This document shows positions 8,642 through 17,213 of a stretch of 64,000 bases of DNA, in pieces. The position numbers and the translations under genes are program-made. The DNA comes from Ignavibacteriota bacterium. Lineage in GTDB: Bacteria; Bacteroidota; Ignavibacteria; UBA10030. The notes beneath the pieces were generated by a model. The model did no database searches. It was given only the letters and a program-made list of their open reading frames with translations, and was not told the origin of the DNA. The stretch lies in NCBI GenBank assembly GCA_003819715.1, contig RPQN01000016.1, forward strand, positions 2,073 to 66,072, given 5' to 3'. The first letter of the stretch is position 1. Each line of letters begins with the position of its first letter.

Positions 8642-9532
8642 TTAAAAGTATCCTTCCACTTTCCGTAATTCCATCGCAGCTTCAGACCATTTGTCATCGA
8701 TGCGTGCTCCCCGTTCAGACGTTTGCGCGTTTTCTATTTCATAAAGTATCTCATCGATGTTTGACGCACCGGATTCCATGGCTGCACTGCAGCTCATGTC
8801 GCCGACCGTTCGAAACCGTACTCTCCGAGGTCGAACAATCTCGCCCGGAACGAGGCGGACAAAATCGGAAACCGGCCATATCAATCCATCCCGCTCAAAT
8901 GTCGGACGCATGTGCGAATAATAGAGGCTCGGGAGTGCAAGCTGCTCCTGCTTGATGTAATTCCAGACGTCGAGCTCGGTCCAGTTACTGATGGGAAATG
9001 CGCGTATATTTTCTCCCTTATGGATTTTTCCGTTGAGCATGTCGAACAACTCCGGCCTCTGTCTCTTGACATCCCATTGGCCAAAATCATTCCGCACGGA
9101 AAAGAATCGCTCCTTCGCACGGGATTTTTCCTCGTCACGCCGTCCGCCGCCGATGCATGCATCAAATCCGAATCGTTCTATCGTTTTCAGAAGCGCAGGC
9201 GTTTGCAGCATGTTCCGGCTTGCGTATTTCCCCTTCTGCTCCATGAGGTCGCCGCTGTCAATTGCTTCCTGTACAGACCCGACAACGAGCCGGGCATCAA
9301 GCTCGTTCGCAAACGCGTCGCGAAATTCCATAACTTCCGGGAAGTTATGCCCGGTGTCGACATGGACGAGCGGAAAAGGAATGCTTGCCGGAAAGAACGC
9401 CTTTCGCGCAAGATGTGCAATGGTGATCGAGTCCTTGCCGCCGGAGAAAAGAATAGCGGCATTTTCAAACTGAGCGGCCACTTCTCTGATGACATAAATA
9501 GCTTCGTATTCAAGCTCTTTTAAATATTCCAT
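8642..9532 (-). CDS. cysD: Sulfate adenylyltransferase subunit 2
   Basis: The PP-loop is ILFSGGKDS and the N-terminal region is EAIYVIREVAAQFENA. The protein is 296 aa. Confidence 0.9.
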   Translation of the reverse strand: MEYLKELEYEAIYVIREVAAQFENAAILFSGGKDSITIAHLARKAFFPASIPFPLVHVDTGHNFPEVMEFRDAFANELDARLVVGSVQEAIDSGDLMEQKGKYASRNMLQTPALLKTIERFGFDACIGGGRRDEEKSRAKERFFSVRNDFGQWDVKRQRPELFDMLNGKIHKGENIRAFPISNWTELDVWNYIKQEQLALPSLYYSHMRPTFERDGLIWPVSDFVRLVPGEIVRPRRVRFRTVGDMSCSAAMESGASNIDEILYEIENAQTSERGARIDDKWSEAAMELRKVEGYF

Positions 9533-10268
9533 TTGGTTCTCTCACCTTTGCGTGTTCCGATGAATGAAGACCGCATTCCTTGTGCTCCGCACTTTCCCAC
9601 CACCAGCGTCCCGCCCTGCTCTGATCACCGGACCGTATCGCACGCGTGCACGGATCACACCCGATGGTTGGATATCCATGATCATGGAGCGTATTATACG
9701 GAACTTGATGCTTGCGAAGATATTCCCAGACCTGTTCGTTTGTCCAATCACACAACGGATTGATTTTATACAGTCCAAAATTGTCATCCCATTCCACTTT
9801 CCCGACGGAAGCCCGGCTCTCAGACTGTTCTTTCCGAAGGCCGCATATCCAGGCGGACAACCCTTTAAACGCCCGGCGGAGCGGATAAACTTTTCGGACC
9901 GCACAACACTGTTTGCGCTTTTCAACGCTTTCATAGAATAAATTCTGTCCAGAGTTCGATACCATGGTCTCGACGTCCCGGTAATCCGGAAACAGGACGC
10001 GATACCTGAACCCGTACTTTTCACGGGTCGTGTCCATAAGCCTATAGGTCTGTTCTGGAAGTCGTCCGGTATCCAATGTGCAAATCACGGGATGCGGATT
10101 GATGTTCATCAGCATATCGGTAATGACTTGATCTTCCGCACCAAGACTGGATGCGAACACCACGTTGGGAACCTCGAACGTCCTCAGGGACCACAACAAA
10201 AGCTCCTCCGGAGAATAATTTTTAACTTCTTTTAGAAAATCTGCGATCGAATATTCAGACACCGGCAT
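9510..10268 (-). CDS. cysH: Adenylyl-sulfate (APS) reductase, thioredoxin-dependent, [4Fe-4S] type
   Basis: It has a CC pair (CCAVRK), a GCDPCT motif and the C-terminal ECGLH. These features distinguish APS reductases from PAPS reductases. Confidence 0.85.
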   Translation of the reverse strand: MPVSEYSIADFLKEVKNYSPEELLLWSLRTFEVPNVVFASSLGAEDQVITDMLMNINPHPVICTLDTGRLPEQTYRLMDTTREKYGFRYRVLFPDYRDVETMVSNSGQNLFYESVEKRKQCCAVRKVYPLRRAFKGLSAWICGLRKEQSESRASVGKVEWDDNFGLYKINPLCDWTNEQVWEYLRKHQVPYNTLHDHGYPTIGCDPCTRAIRSGDQSRAGRWWWESAEHKECGLHSSEHAKVREPNGIFKRA

Positions 10269-10283
10269 AGAGTTTCCTTCTCT

Positions 10284-10514
10284 TCAAATATTGTATTCCG
10301 GCGGATGTGCGAACCGACGGCCGAATTCTATTTTATCCCAGACCCGTTCGTGCAGAAAGTAGAGAATGATCTTTGTAAACACTTCGACTCCGCCGATGGT
10401 GATTGCCACGGTGAACTTTCCTGTCACCAGCCAGGACACTAAAATCGTATCGAGAGATCCTGTTATTCTCCAGGACACTGCTTTCATGAGACTTCTTTGT
10501 GGTTTATCTGTCAT
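10284..10514 (-). CDS. DUF2061 small membrane protein
   Basis: The ATG at 10514 gives MTDKPQRSLMKAVSWRITGSLDTILVSWLVTGKF..., the typical DUF2061 topology. It lies 15 nt upstream of cysH. Confidence 0.6.
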   Translation of the reverse strand: MTDKPQRSLMKAVSWRITGSLDTILVSWLVTGKFTVAITIGGVEVFTKIILYFLHERVWDKIEFGRRFAHPPEYNI

Positions 10515-10750
10515 GGGGCGACACCTTGTTCGATCATCATCGACGCATATCCGGCATGAGGAATGGTTCATCTCTTTCCCCATGCGAGATGCGTGAGATT
10601 TTCTCCAGACCATGATTCGCAGTGTTCAAACTTTTCGGCATTCTTTCGGCAAACAAGAAATATCTCCTTATAATTTTGGATCACTTTTTCTGCAGACTCA
10701 TCCGCTCACCGGCCCGACGGAAGGAGTTCCTGCATCCGGCGGCGTACAAT

Positions 10751-10786
10751 AAAAAAGCCCTTCACCTTATTTCCGATGAAGGGCTG
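10751..10786 (-). terminator. Intrinsic terminator-like hairpin (GCCCTTCA...TGAAGGGC) with an A6 run on the plus strand (U-tract on the minus strand)
   Basis: The stem is 8 bp perfect. Its sequence is similar to the hairpin at 3287..3323. Confidence 0.4.
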
Positions 10787-11020
10787 CAATAAAATCTCTC
10801 TTATGAGCTTAGCTCAAATACTTTCACCTTCTCGAAATACGGAATAGTCCCCTGTACATTGACAACAACACATGCACGCGGCCGCTCTTCTGTTCATATT
10901 GGAGAAAGTGATTGATGTCATAACTACTATCAAGTTAACAGAGATATTAAATTTGTCAAGTTGTTGTCGAAAGAAGAATTCTAAATTGTCAATCGGGAAC
11001 TGAATTTTTATCGTCAGCAT

Positions 11021-11053
11021 AAAAAACCCTTCGTAAAAATATTCTACGAAGGG
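11021..11053 (-). terminator. Intrinsic terminator-like hairpin (CCCTTCGTA...TACGAAGGG) with an A6 run on the plus strand
   Basis: The stem is 9 bp perfect. It lies about 250 nt downstream of the DHFR-like gene on the minus strand. Confidence 0.4.
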
Positions 11054-11302
11054 CATCACTGACAATTTTCATGTGGTAAATATTCAAGGATCAACACCTT
11101 CGCGGCGATTCGCTCTGTTCCCTCGACAAGCGCATGTGTTTTCCTTTTGGTCTATGGTCCATTGACTGTTCTTGCTTCATGTTCCTCTTCTCTGGCTCAC
11201 AATCCAAATCCGTAATGAGTTCATTCGTTTGCCGGGGCATGTTCCTCCGGATTGGCATCTTTATTCTGCATTCAGAATATTTCGAAAAAATTTCCACGGG
11301 TG

Positions 11303-11869
11303 CTATGAAGCCGGCGCGTACCTCATGAAGACATTTCCATTGGCAAACGACCGTGAACTTTTTAATTCCAATTTGATCATCCGTTCTGCCCCTTCAAACA
11401 ACGTCCTTCCTCCGCCGATCATGGTGGGAATCACCACGATCTGATATTCATCGATCAACCGCTCCTGCGTCAACTGGGATACGATACTGCCGCTGCCTAA
11501 AATCACCATATCGCTCTTCGGCGTATTTTTCATCTTTCGTATTTCCGCTGCCATGTCCACTTTCACCAGTGTTGTATTATTCCACGATGCCTTGTCCAGC
11601 GTTCTGGAAAACACGATCTTCCGGGCACTATTCATTCTCTCCGCAACGAGAGGATAACTCTTGATCGCAGCCGGGGTCGGCCAGTAACTTTTCATAAGAT
11701 CATAGGTTATTCTGCCGAAGACCAGCACCCCTTCTCCTTTTGAATTGGACTCTACGAATCCATCCCATTCTTCATCCTTGTTGGGATTGTACGCCCATTT
11801 CATGTCCCCGTTCATATCGACAAAGTATCCATCGACAGAAACCGAATTGAATACAATGAGTTTGCTCAT
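11303..11869 (-). CDS. Dihydrofolate reductase family protein (RibD C-terminal domain-like)
   Basis: The N-terminal LIVFNSVSVDGYF and the overall length (188 aa) are typical of the YwjB/RibD_C family. Confidence 0.75.
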   Translation of the reverse strand: MSKLIVFNSVSVDGYFVDMNGDMKWAYNPNKDEEWDGFVESNSKGEGVLVFGRITYDLMKSYWPTPAAIKSYPLVAERMNSARKIVFSRTLDKASWNNTTLVKVDMAAEIRKMKNTPKSDMVILGSGSIVSQLTQERLIDEYQIVVIPTMIGGGRTLFEGAERMIKLELKSSRSFANGNVFMRYAPAS

Positions 11870-11904
11870 AGACCACCTCCATTCTTGAAATAATGAAAAT
11901 CCGC

Positions 11905-12186
11905 CTATGAGATGAGCAAATCAATTTTCTTTGCGAGTGATATATCTTTCGCTGTGAGCCCGCCTTCACTGTGCGTGGAGAGCGAAAGCGTGATTTTATT
12001 CCACCGGATGTCAATATCCGGGTGGTGGTTTGCACGTTCGGCATAGAGCGCCACCGTATTCACGAACCCCATCGCTCTGGCGAAATCAACGAATTCAAAT
12101 TTTCTGCGTATCTCTTCTCCGCGAAGCGTCCATCCGTTTAACTCCAATAAACTGGATTTGATTTGTTTTTTGTTCAGCCGTGCCAT
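11905..12186 (-). CDS. phhB: Pterin-4-alpha-carbinolamine dehydratase
   Basis: The ATG at 12186 gives MARLNKKQIKSSLLELNGW...ANHHPDIDIRWNKITLSLSTH, with the PCD signature. Confidence 0.8.
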   Translation of the reverse strand: MARLNKKQIKSSLLELNGWTLRGEEIRRKFEFVDFARAMGFVNTVALYAERANHHPDIDIRWNKITLSLSTHSEGGLTAKDISLAKKIDLLIS

Positions 12187-12235
12187 AAACCTGTCTCCAT
12201 GATATTTTTGTGGTGTTCTTTTAGGGTGTTTGATT

Positions 12236-12655
12236 TCATGAAACTGTCCTGTCCAATCCCTTGACTGAAACCGGGCATAAATCTTTTTTTCCAAATACAC
12301 GATACCGGTATCTGGATATGATCCGGTAAAATCCGTCCCGGATTGGCTTTGGTACAATGACCAGGAATGAGATCATTCTCCAAGCTCCGCCGAGATTCTT
12401 AAATATCCTGAGCACGGCATCGGACATGGTATAGGTCTGGCCGGCATGGATGAGAATGATTGTCGTGAAGCCGGTATCTCCCGAAGGAATTCGATCCGGG
12501 AGCAATCGTCCATGATCTGATTGAAGCGCATCGAATCGAAATTCATGATGTTTGTCATGCTCGATAACAAATTGAACAAACCGGCTGCAAAGAACGCACA
12601 CTCCGTCAAATAAAACAATCGACCGGGAAACCGGATATTTTGACAAATTGCTCAT
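12236..12655 (-). CDS. DCC-family thiol-disulfide oxidoreductase (DUF393)
   Basis: It has the FDGVCVLCSRFVQFV motif. The start is uncertain and may be M1 at 12667 or M5 at 12655. Confidence 0.7.
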   Translation of the reverse strand: MSNLSKYPVSRSIVLFDGVCVLCSRFVQFVIEHDKHHEFRFDALQSDHGRLLPDRIPSGDTGFTTIILIHAGQTYTMSDAVLRIFKNLGGAWRMISFLVIVPKPIRDGFYRIISRYRYRVFGKKDLCPVSVKGLDRTVS

Positions 12656-12663
12656 TCCTCTTC

Positions 12664-14070
12664 TCACTGGTAGATATTCATCCTTGTTGCAGAGACGGGA
12701 GCGCTCTCCGCGCGTTCATCAGGTATTCTGGACTGCATGGTTGGCAAAATGAGGCGCACAGCTCGTTCGTAAAAGAAATAATCCCATGCCCAGTTGATCA
12801 AGACCACGAGCCGGTTTCGAAAACCAATGAGCTTATAGAGATGGACGCTCAGCCAGACGATCCATGCGGGAAAACCGGTAAACATCCGGCCGCCGATGGT
12901 GGCTACAGCGGCATGCCGCCCAATGGTTGCCATGGTTCCAGGATCCCGGTACTGGAACGGCAGCGGGTCCAACCCCTCTATTTGACGGCTGATATTCCGG
13001 GCCGCCGCCGTGCCTTGCTGCATTGCGACGGGTGCAAGCATGGGCAGCAATTGTCCTCCTTCTTCGGCATGGACCAGGTCGCCGATGATGTAGACATCCG
13101 GATGACCGGCGAGCTGAAGCGTGGGCAGAACACGGACCCGCCCATTCCGGCCGACCGGAAGGTGCAATGATTGCGCAATTGGATCACCGCGGACCCCTGC
13201 GGTCCAGACAACGGTCTCCGTTGGTATCACCGTTCCATTTTTCAATTTCAAGCTCTGCGGTGTAATTTCATTTACCGTTGCCTGCAGCTGAACATCCACT
13301 CCCATCCGGTGAAGACGTTTCAGGGCATACGCGCTCAGCCGTTCCGGCAATCCGGAAAGGAGGTTTCCCATTGCTTCCAGAAGAACAACCCGAACCTCAT
13401 GGAAATCGAGCCGGCGGAAATCTTTAAAAAGAGGGCCGCGAATAAGTTCAACAAGGGCACCGGCAAATTCGACTCCTGTCGGCCCGCCTCCGACAATAGT
13501 AAATGTTAATAACCGGCGCCGCCGGTTTGGATCGCGTTCATGAATTGCACGCTCAAAACTGTAGAGGATTTGATTGCGCAGCGTCACTGCCTGATCCAGG
13601 GTTTTTAAAGGAAATGAGTATTGTTTTGCTCCAGGGACATCAAAGAAATGGGTCACGCTTCCCGTACTGATAATGAGGAAATCGTACGGAATCGAAAATT
13701 TTTGCGTCGCGACTGCATGGTTTGCAAAATCAATGCTCTGTACCTCGGCCAAGCAGAAATCGGTATGGCGAAGATTACGCGCAAGGCTTCGTACCGGATA
13801 GACAATATCCTCCGGCTCTAATTCTGCCGCCGCCACCTGATAGAGAAGCGGAAAAAATGTGTGGTAATTATTTCGGTCCAGGAGCATGACCTCGACTGGT
13901 GAATGCGTGAATGCCCGTGCAGCCCACAATCCGCCAAATCCGGCTCCAATGATGACCACCCGCGAACGACGACGTGATTTTATTTCCGTTCGCTCTGTCA
14001 TGAACTCCCTTAACTGTTCGCCTGAGAGGGAGGCGGCTGAATGTTTATTTGTCGAGAATTCGGAAATCAT
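12664..14070 (-). CDS. ndh: Type II NADH:quinone oxidoreductase (NDH-2)
   Basis: It has two dinucleotide-binding motifs, VVIIGAGFGGLWAA and IVGGGPTGVEFAGAL, and NNYHTFFPLLYQVAA. It is 468 aa with a hydrophobic C-terminus. Confidence 0.8.
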   Translation of the reverse strand: MISEFSTNKHSAASLSGEQLREFMTERTEIKSRRRSRVVIIGAGFGGLWAARAFTHSPVEVMLLDRNNYHTFFPLLYQVAAAELEPEDIVYPVRSLARNLRHTDFCLAEVQSIDFANHAVATQKFSIPYDFLIISTGSVTHFFDVPGAKQYSFPLKTLDQAVTLRNQILYSFERAIHERDPNRRRRLLTFTIVGGGPTGVEFAGALVELIRGPLFKDFRRLDFHEVRVVLLEAMGNLLSGLPERLSAYALKRLHRMGVDVQLQATVNEITPQSLKLKNGTVIPTETVVWTAGVRGDPIAQSLHLPVGRNGRVRVLPTLQLAGHPDVYIIGDLVHAEEGGQLLPMLAPVAMQQGTAAARNISRQIEGLDPLPFQYRDPGTMATIGRHAAVATIGGRMFTGFPAWIVWLSVHLYKLIGFRNRLVVLINWAWDYFFYERAVRLILPTMQSRIPDERAESAPVSATRMNIYQ

Positions 14071-14134
14071 TGTTCAGTCTCTGACGATCATTCTTCGATA
14101 GAATATCCTGATGGCCCGGGAATTTTATTTCACA

Positions 14135-15082
14135 TTAGTGATGAGCGGTTTCGCCGAGAGTGATGCTGCCCAGTTTATCAAGAGCAGCACGAAATCCGGA
14201 TGCCAGTTTTTCGGCAGGCCCGGTTCCCCAATAATGGAGAAAGACCACCGGCGGATTGATGCCGGTCATGTGATGGTGAATGGCAACGACCTCCAGACCG
14301 TTTTGCCGCAACGCTTTCAGCACCGGGGTCACCTCACCTTCGAGCATGGCAATATCTCCTGCAATCGCCGCTTTTTCATCGGTGCCGATAAAGGCCGCCC
14401 AGGTATTCAATCCCATGCGTGAACTGATTTCAGCCCCCATTTCTTTAATATGAATATCGTCCCGGCCAATAACGATTTTGAATGTGACGCCGATACGATC
14501 TCCTCGATGGCCGATGATATGGCTTAATCTGCCGGTGTTTAATTTCCCTTCTGCAATTTCAACATCCCTTTTCTTCACCGCAGGCATTATTGATTGTTCT
14601 GCACCTCTTCCGATCAAATCCAGCGCCGGTTTGACTTTCTTTGCGAGTTCTGCGGCCTGGCCGAAGCCATGGACGTGCATATAAAATATTCGCGGCTCCT
14701 CCCAGAAGAAATGATTGTGCAGTGCGGTGACCTCGAGGCCGTTTTCCAGGAGCGCGGACATGACCGGATTTACTTCATCCTGCAAAAGGACTAAATCCCC
14801 CATCATGACTTCATTGCCGTTATTTCCCTTCGTCATCGCCAGCCATCCTCCAAAACCAAACGGTGTGGGAGCGGCGACACCGGCGACGGTGACAGTCAAA
14901 TCGTTGCGAGGGATATTCATTTTGAACACACGATCTGCATAATCTCCGGTTTTTCCAAGAAAGCTGAGTACACGTTTGTACTCGTCAGGCATCTGCTGTG
15001 AATATGAGAGCTGGAAAACAAGCACAGAAAGGATTAATCTGACGCCGGTTCTATACAATTTCTGAATAAGCGTTCGTCTCAT
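14135..15082 (-). CDS. DUF1259-like exported protein with an internal duplication
   Basis: The ATG at 15082 gives the signal peptide MRRTLIQKLYRTGVRLILSVLVF. Two repeats of DLVL/MLEGEV..V..AL..NGLEV.A.H.H are present. Confidence 0.6.
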   Translation of the reverse strand: MRRTLIQKLYRTGVRLILSVLVFQLSYSQQMPDEYKRVLSFLGKTGDYADRVFKMNIPRNDLTVTVAGVAAPTPFGFGGWLAMTKGNNGNEVMMGDLVLLQDEVNPVMSALLENGLEVTALHNHFFWEEPRIFYMHVHGFGQAAELAKKVKPALDLIGRGAEQSIMPAVKKRDVEIAEGKLNTGRLSHIIGHRGDRIGVTFKIVIGRDDIHIKEMGAEISSRMGLNTWAAFIGTDEKAAIAGDIAMLEGEVTPVLKALRQNGLEVVAIHHHMTGINPPVVFLHYWGTGPAEKLASGFRAALDKLGSITLGETAHH

Positions 15083-15119
15083 CTTGCTCTCCAAGAAGAG
15101 AAAATACTGGCCGGAATAT

Positions 15120-15665
15120 TTATTTGGCGATGCCAATAACGCCCTGGGCAACTCTCGGCCCTGCATTTCCTGTCGGCTGAGTTTTGAAATCATCTTCTTT
15201 TGAATGGATAATAACCGCATGGCCAATGATCGAATTCGGACCGTTCAGTTTCATCACCGGGTCAATATAGTCCAGATGCACATTTCCTTCGGCGTCGGCA
15301 TCGATATTCCCCATGTCGCCTGCATGACGTTTGTCGCTCATCGGCATGCTATGAGGCATTCCGGTCGGATTGAAATGCCCTCCTGCTGAGCTTCCATCTT
15401 CGGAACTGATATCGCCGAATTCGTGAACGTGAAAGCCATGGTGACCCGGTGTGAGTCCGGTCAGATTGGCAATAACCCGTAATCCCTTGTCTCCTGCTTC
15501 AAACGAGACAGTACCTCTGACGGAATTTCCTTTGGTGGGTGTCACGACGGCAATCGCCCGCTTGACCATTGATTTTTCATGCGACATGTTACCTTTTTGA
15601 GCAAGGACACATTGAGTGCCGAAGAGAACAAACGCGAGCATCGGTGCAACGATATATTTTTTCAT
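15120..15665 (-). CDS. sodC: Cu/Zn superoxide dismutase, periplasmic
   Basis: The ATG at 15665 has an AGGAGG RBS and gives MKKYIVAPMLAFVLFG (signal peptide). The motifs GFHVHEFGD and GGHFNP are present. Confidence 0.85.
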   Translation of the reverse strand: MKKYIVAPMLAFVLFGTQCVLAQKGNMSHEKSMVKRAIAVVTPTKGNSVRGTVSFEAGDKGLRVIANLTGLTPGHHGFHVHEFGDISSEDGSSAGGHFNPTGMPHSMPMSDKRHAGDMGNIDADAEGNVHLDYIDPVMKLNGPNSIIGHAVIIHSKEDDFKTQPTGNAGPRVAQGVIGIAK

Positions 15666-15831
15666 AGCTCCTCCTGATATGAAACTCGTGAAAACGTTAA
15701 CCCTGTTTGACTGCATTTTACTCTTTTCACCTTCATATAACCTTTTTTTCACCGGATTAGTTGCATGAAAGAGAGGAACAATCTCGGTGCCTATGGGTGT
15801 TTCAATATGGAATGTACCGGAGATTGCAGGG

Positions 15832-16566
15832 ATGCTTATGTACACCATTCGACGCCTTATCGTTCTTGTCATACTGGTCACGGCATCAACGTTTGCAGGA
15901 CCGCCTTTTAAAACCGACGATCCGCAGCCTGTCGATTTTCAACATTGGGAATTTTATCTGGCATCGGTGCAGCAATTCACGAAACAGGAAAGCGGCGCCA
16001 CCGCTCCACACATCGAGATCAATTATGGAGCAGCCCCCGGCGTGCAGCTCCATGTCGTTGCTCCCCTTGCGTACGTTAATACGGCGGCCGGAACTCATTA
16101 CGGGTATTCCGACACGGAACTTGGACTTAAATATCGATTCATAAACGAAACCGAAACACTTCCGCAAATCGGAATATTCCCTCTGGTGGAAATTCCCACC
16201 GGCAGTGCAGACAAACAATTAGGAAACGGGAAAATACAGGCATATGTGCCGCTCTGGATTCAAAAATCCTGGGGAAAACTAACGACCTACGGCGGAGGCG
16301 GGATCTGGGTTAATCCCGGACCGGGCAGACAAAACTGGGGCTTCGCCGGCTGGGAAGTTCAATATGATTATTCCGATCTCCTGACACTGGGCGGGGAGAT
16401 CACCTCCCAGACCTCTCCGTCACAGGATGCTCATTCAAGTGCCGGCGTCACTGTGGGGGGATTTCTTAATTTCACCAGCCAGCACCACATCTTATTTTCT
16501 GTCGGCCATAGTTTGACCGGCGAGCCGACATTCTCCGGATATATCGGCTATCAACTTACTGTCTAA
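15832..16566 (+). CDS. Outer-membrane beta-barrel protein (MetA-pathway/transporter-like family)
   Basis: A signal peptide is followed by alternating amphipathic strands and a C-terminal aromatic (GYIGYQLTV). The start is uncertain. It is divergent from sodC. Confidence 0.55.
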   Translation: MLMYTIRRLIVLVILVTASTFAGPPFKTDDPQPVDFQHWEFYLASVQQFTKQESGATAPHIEINYGAAPGVQLHVVAPLAYVNTAAGTHYGYSDTELGLKYRFINETETLPQIGIFPLVEIPTGSADKQLGNGKIQAYVPLWIQKSWGKLTTYGGGGIWVNPGPGRQNWGFAGWEVQYDYSDLLTLGGEITSQTSPSQDAHSSAGVTVGGFLNFTSQHHILFSVGHSLTGEPTFSGYIGYQLTV

Positions 16567-16581
16567 CAAGGGATAACTGTT

Positions 16582-17028
16582 ATGGAACGGTTAAGAATTG
16601 TTCAAAAATATTTCAACTCTATTATCATTATCAGACTGATGCTCTCTCTGGTGTTCATTTCCGAAGGGATCCAAAAATTTATATTTTCAGATACCCTTGG
16701 CGTGGGACGTTTCATCAAGATCGGCATTCCACATCCCGGAATCATGGCGCCATTTGTCGGCATTGTCGAAATTGTATGCGGCGGACTCATCCTTCTGGGC
16801 CTCTTCACACGGCTGGCGACTCTCCCGTTACTCATCAGTATGTTCGTCGCATTTTCGACGACTAAAATCCCCCTCCTGCTCGAAAAAGGATTTTGGGCGA
16901 TGGCTCACGAAGCACGGACTGACTGGTGCATGATTCTTGGATTGATCTTCCTTTTTATTGTCGGTTCGGGGAGATGGTCGCTGGACTACTTCCGTACTCA
17001 ACCCATGAAGAGCCGGGAATCATCATGA
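16582..17028 (+). CDS. DoxX family membrane protein
   Basis: It has four predicted TM segments, the GI.K.. motif region, and is 148 aa. Confidence 0.7.
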   Translation: MERLRIVQKYFNSIIIIRLMLSLVFISEGIQKFIFSDTLGVGRFIKIGIPHPGIMAPFVGIVEIVCGGLILLGLFTRLATLPLLISMFVAFSTTKIPLLLEKGFWAMAHEARTDWCMILGLIFLFIVGSGRWSLDYFRTQPMKSRESS

Positions 17029-17213
17029 AACAGACCTGAATCAGCGGATTTTTCACCGTTCCATCGACATCCGGCGCAGCGGGTGGTTCAAACCCGGATC
17101 TGCGAATTTATCAGACCATCCCGCTTGCGGTTCCGAGAACTTCCGGAAGGTATCGTTTGTTGCTAAAATTATAACCGGATCATTTCTCCTTCATTATCCA
17201 AAGGGACCTTCAC

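Noticed and set aside
8365-8955. A 196-aa plus-strand ORF. Similar long plus-strand ORFs lie at 5970..6467, 6561..7046, 12640..13170, 22013..22792, 29290..30186 and 62795..63850.
   Set aside because: All lie antisense within strongly supported minus-strand genes (cysN/cysD, sir, ndh, the MBL hydrolase, the FAD-oxidoreductase, the kinase). They have Arg/Ser/Cys-rich low-complexity composition typical of shadow ORFs.
10284-10613. An N-terminally extended 109-aa version of the DUF2061 ORF. The region 10620..10750 upstream was examined for a SAM/S-box riboswitch.
   Set aside because: The extension lacks membrane-protein character, and an internal ATG at 10514 gives the canonical family start. 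The upstream sequence shows no S-box-like conserved helices or kink-turn, only GCCGAAA repeats.
10814-11297. Two small minus-strand ORFs of 83 aa and 68 aa in the gene-poor island.
   Set aside because: Both overlap terminator hairpins and have implausible composition (CMCCCQC; Arg/Lys-rich). They are treated as non-coding.
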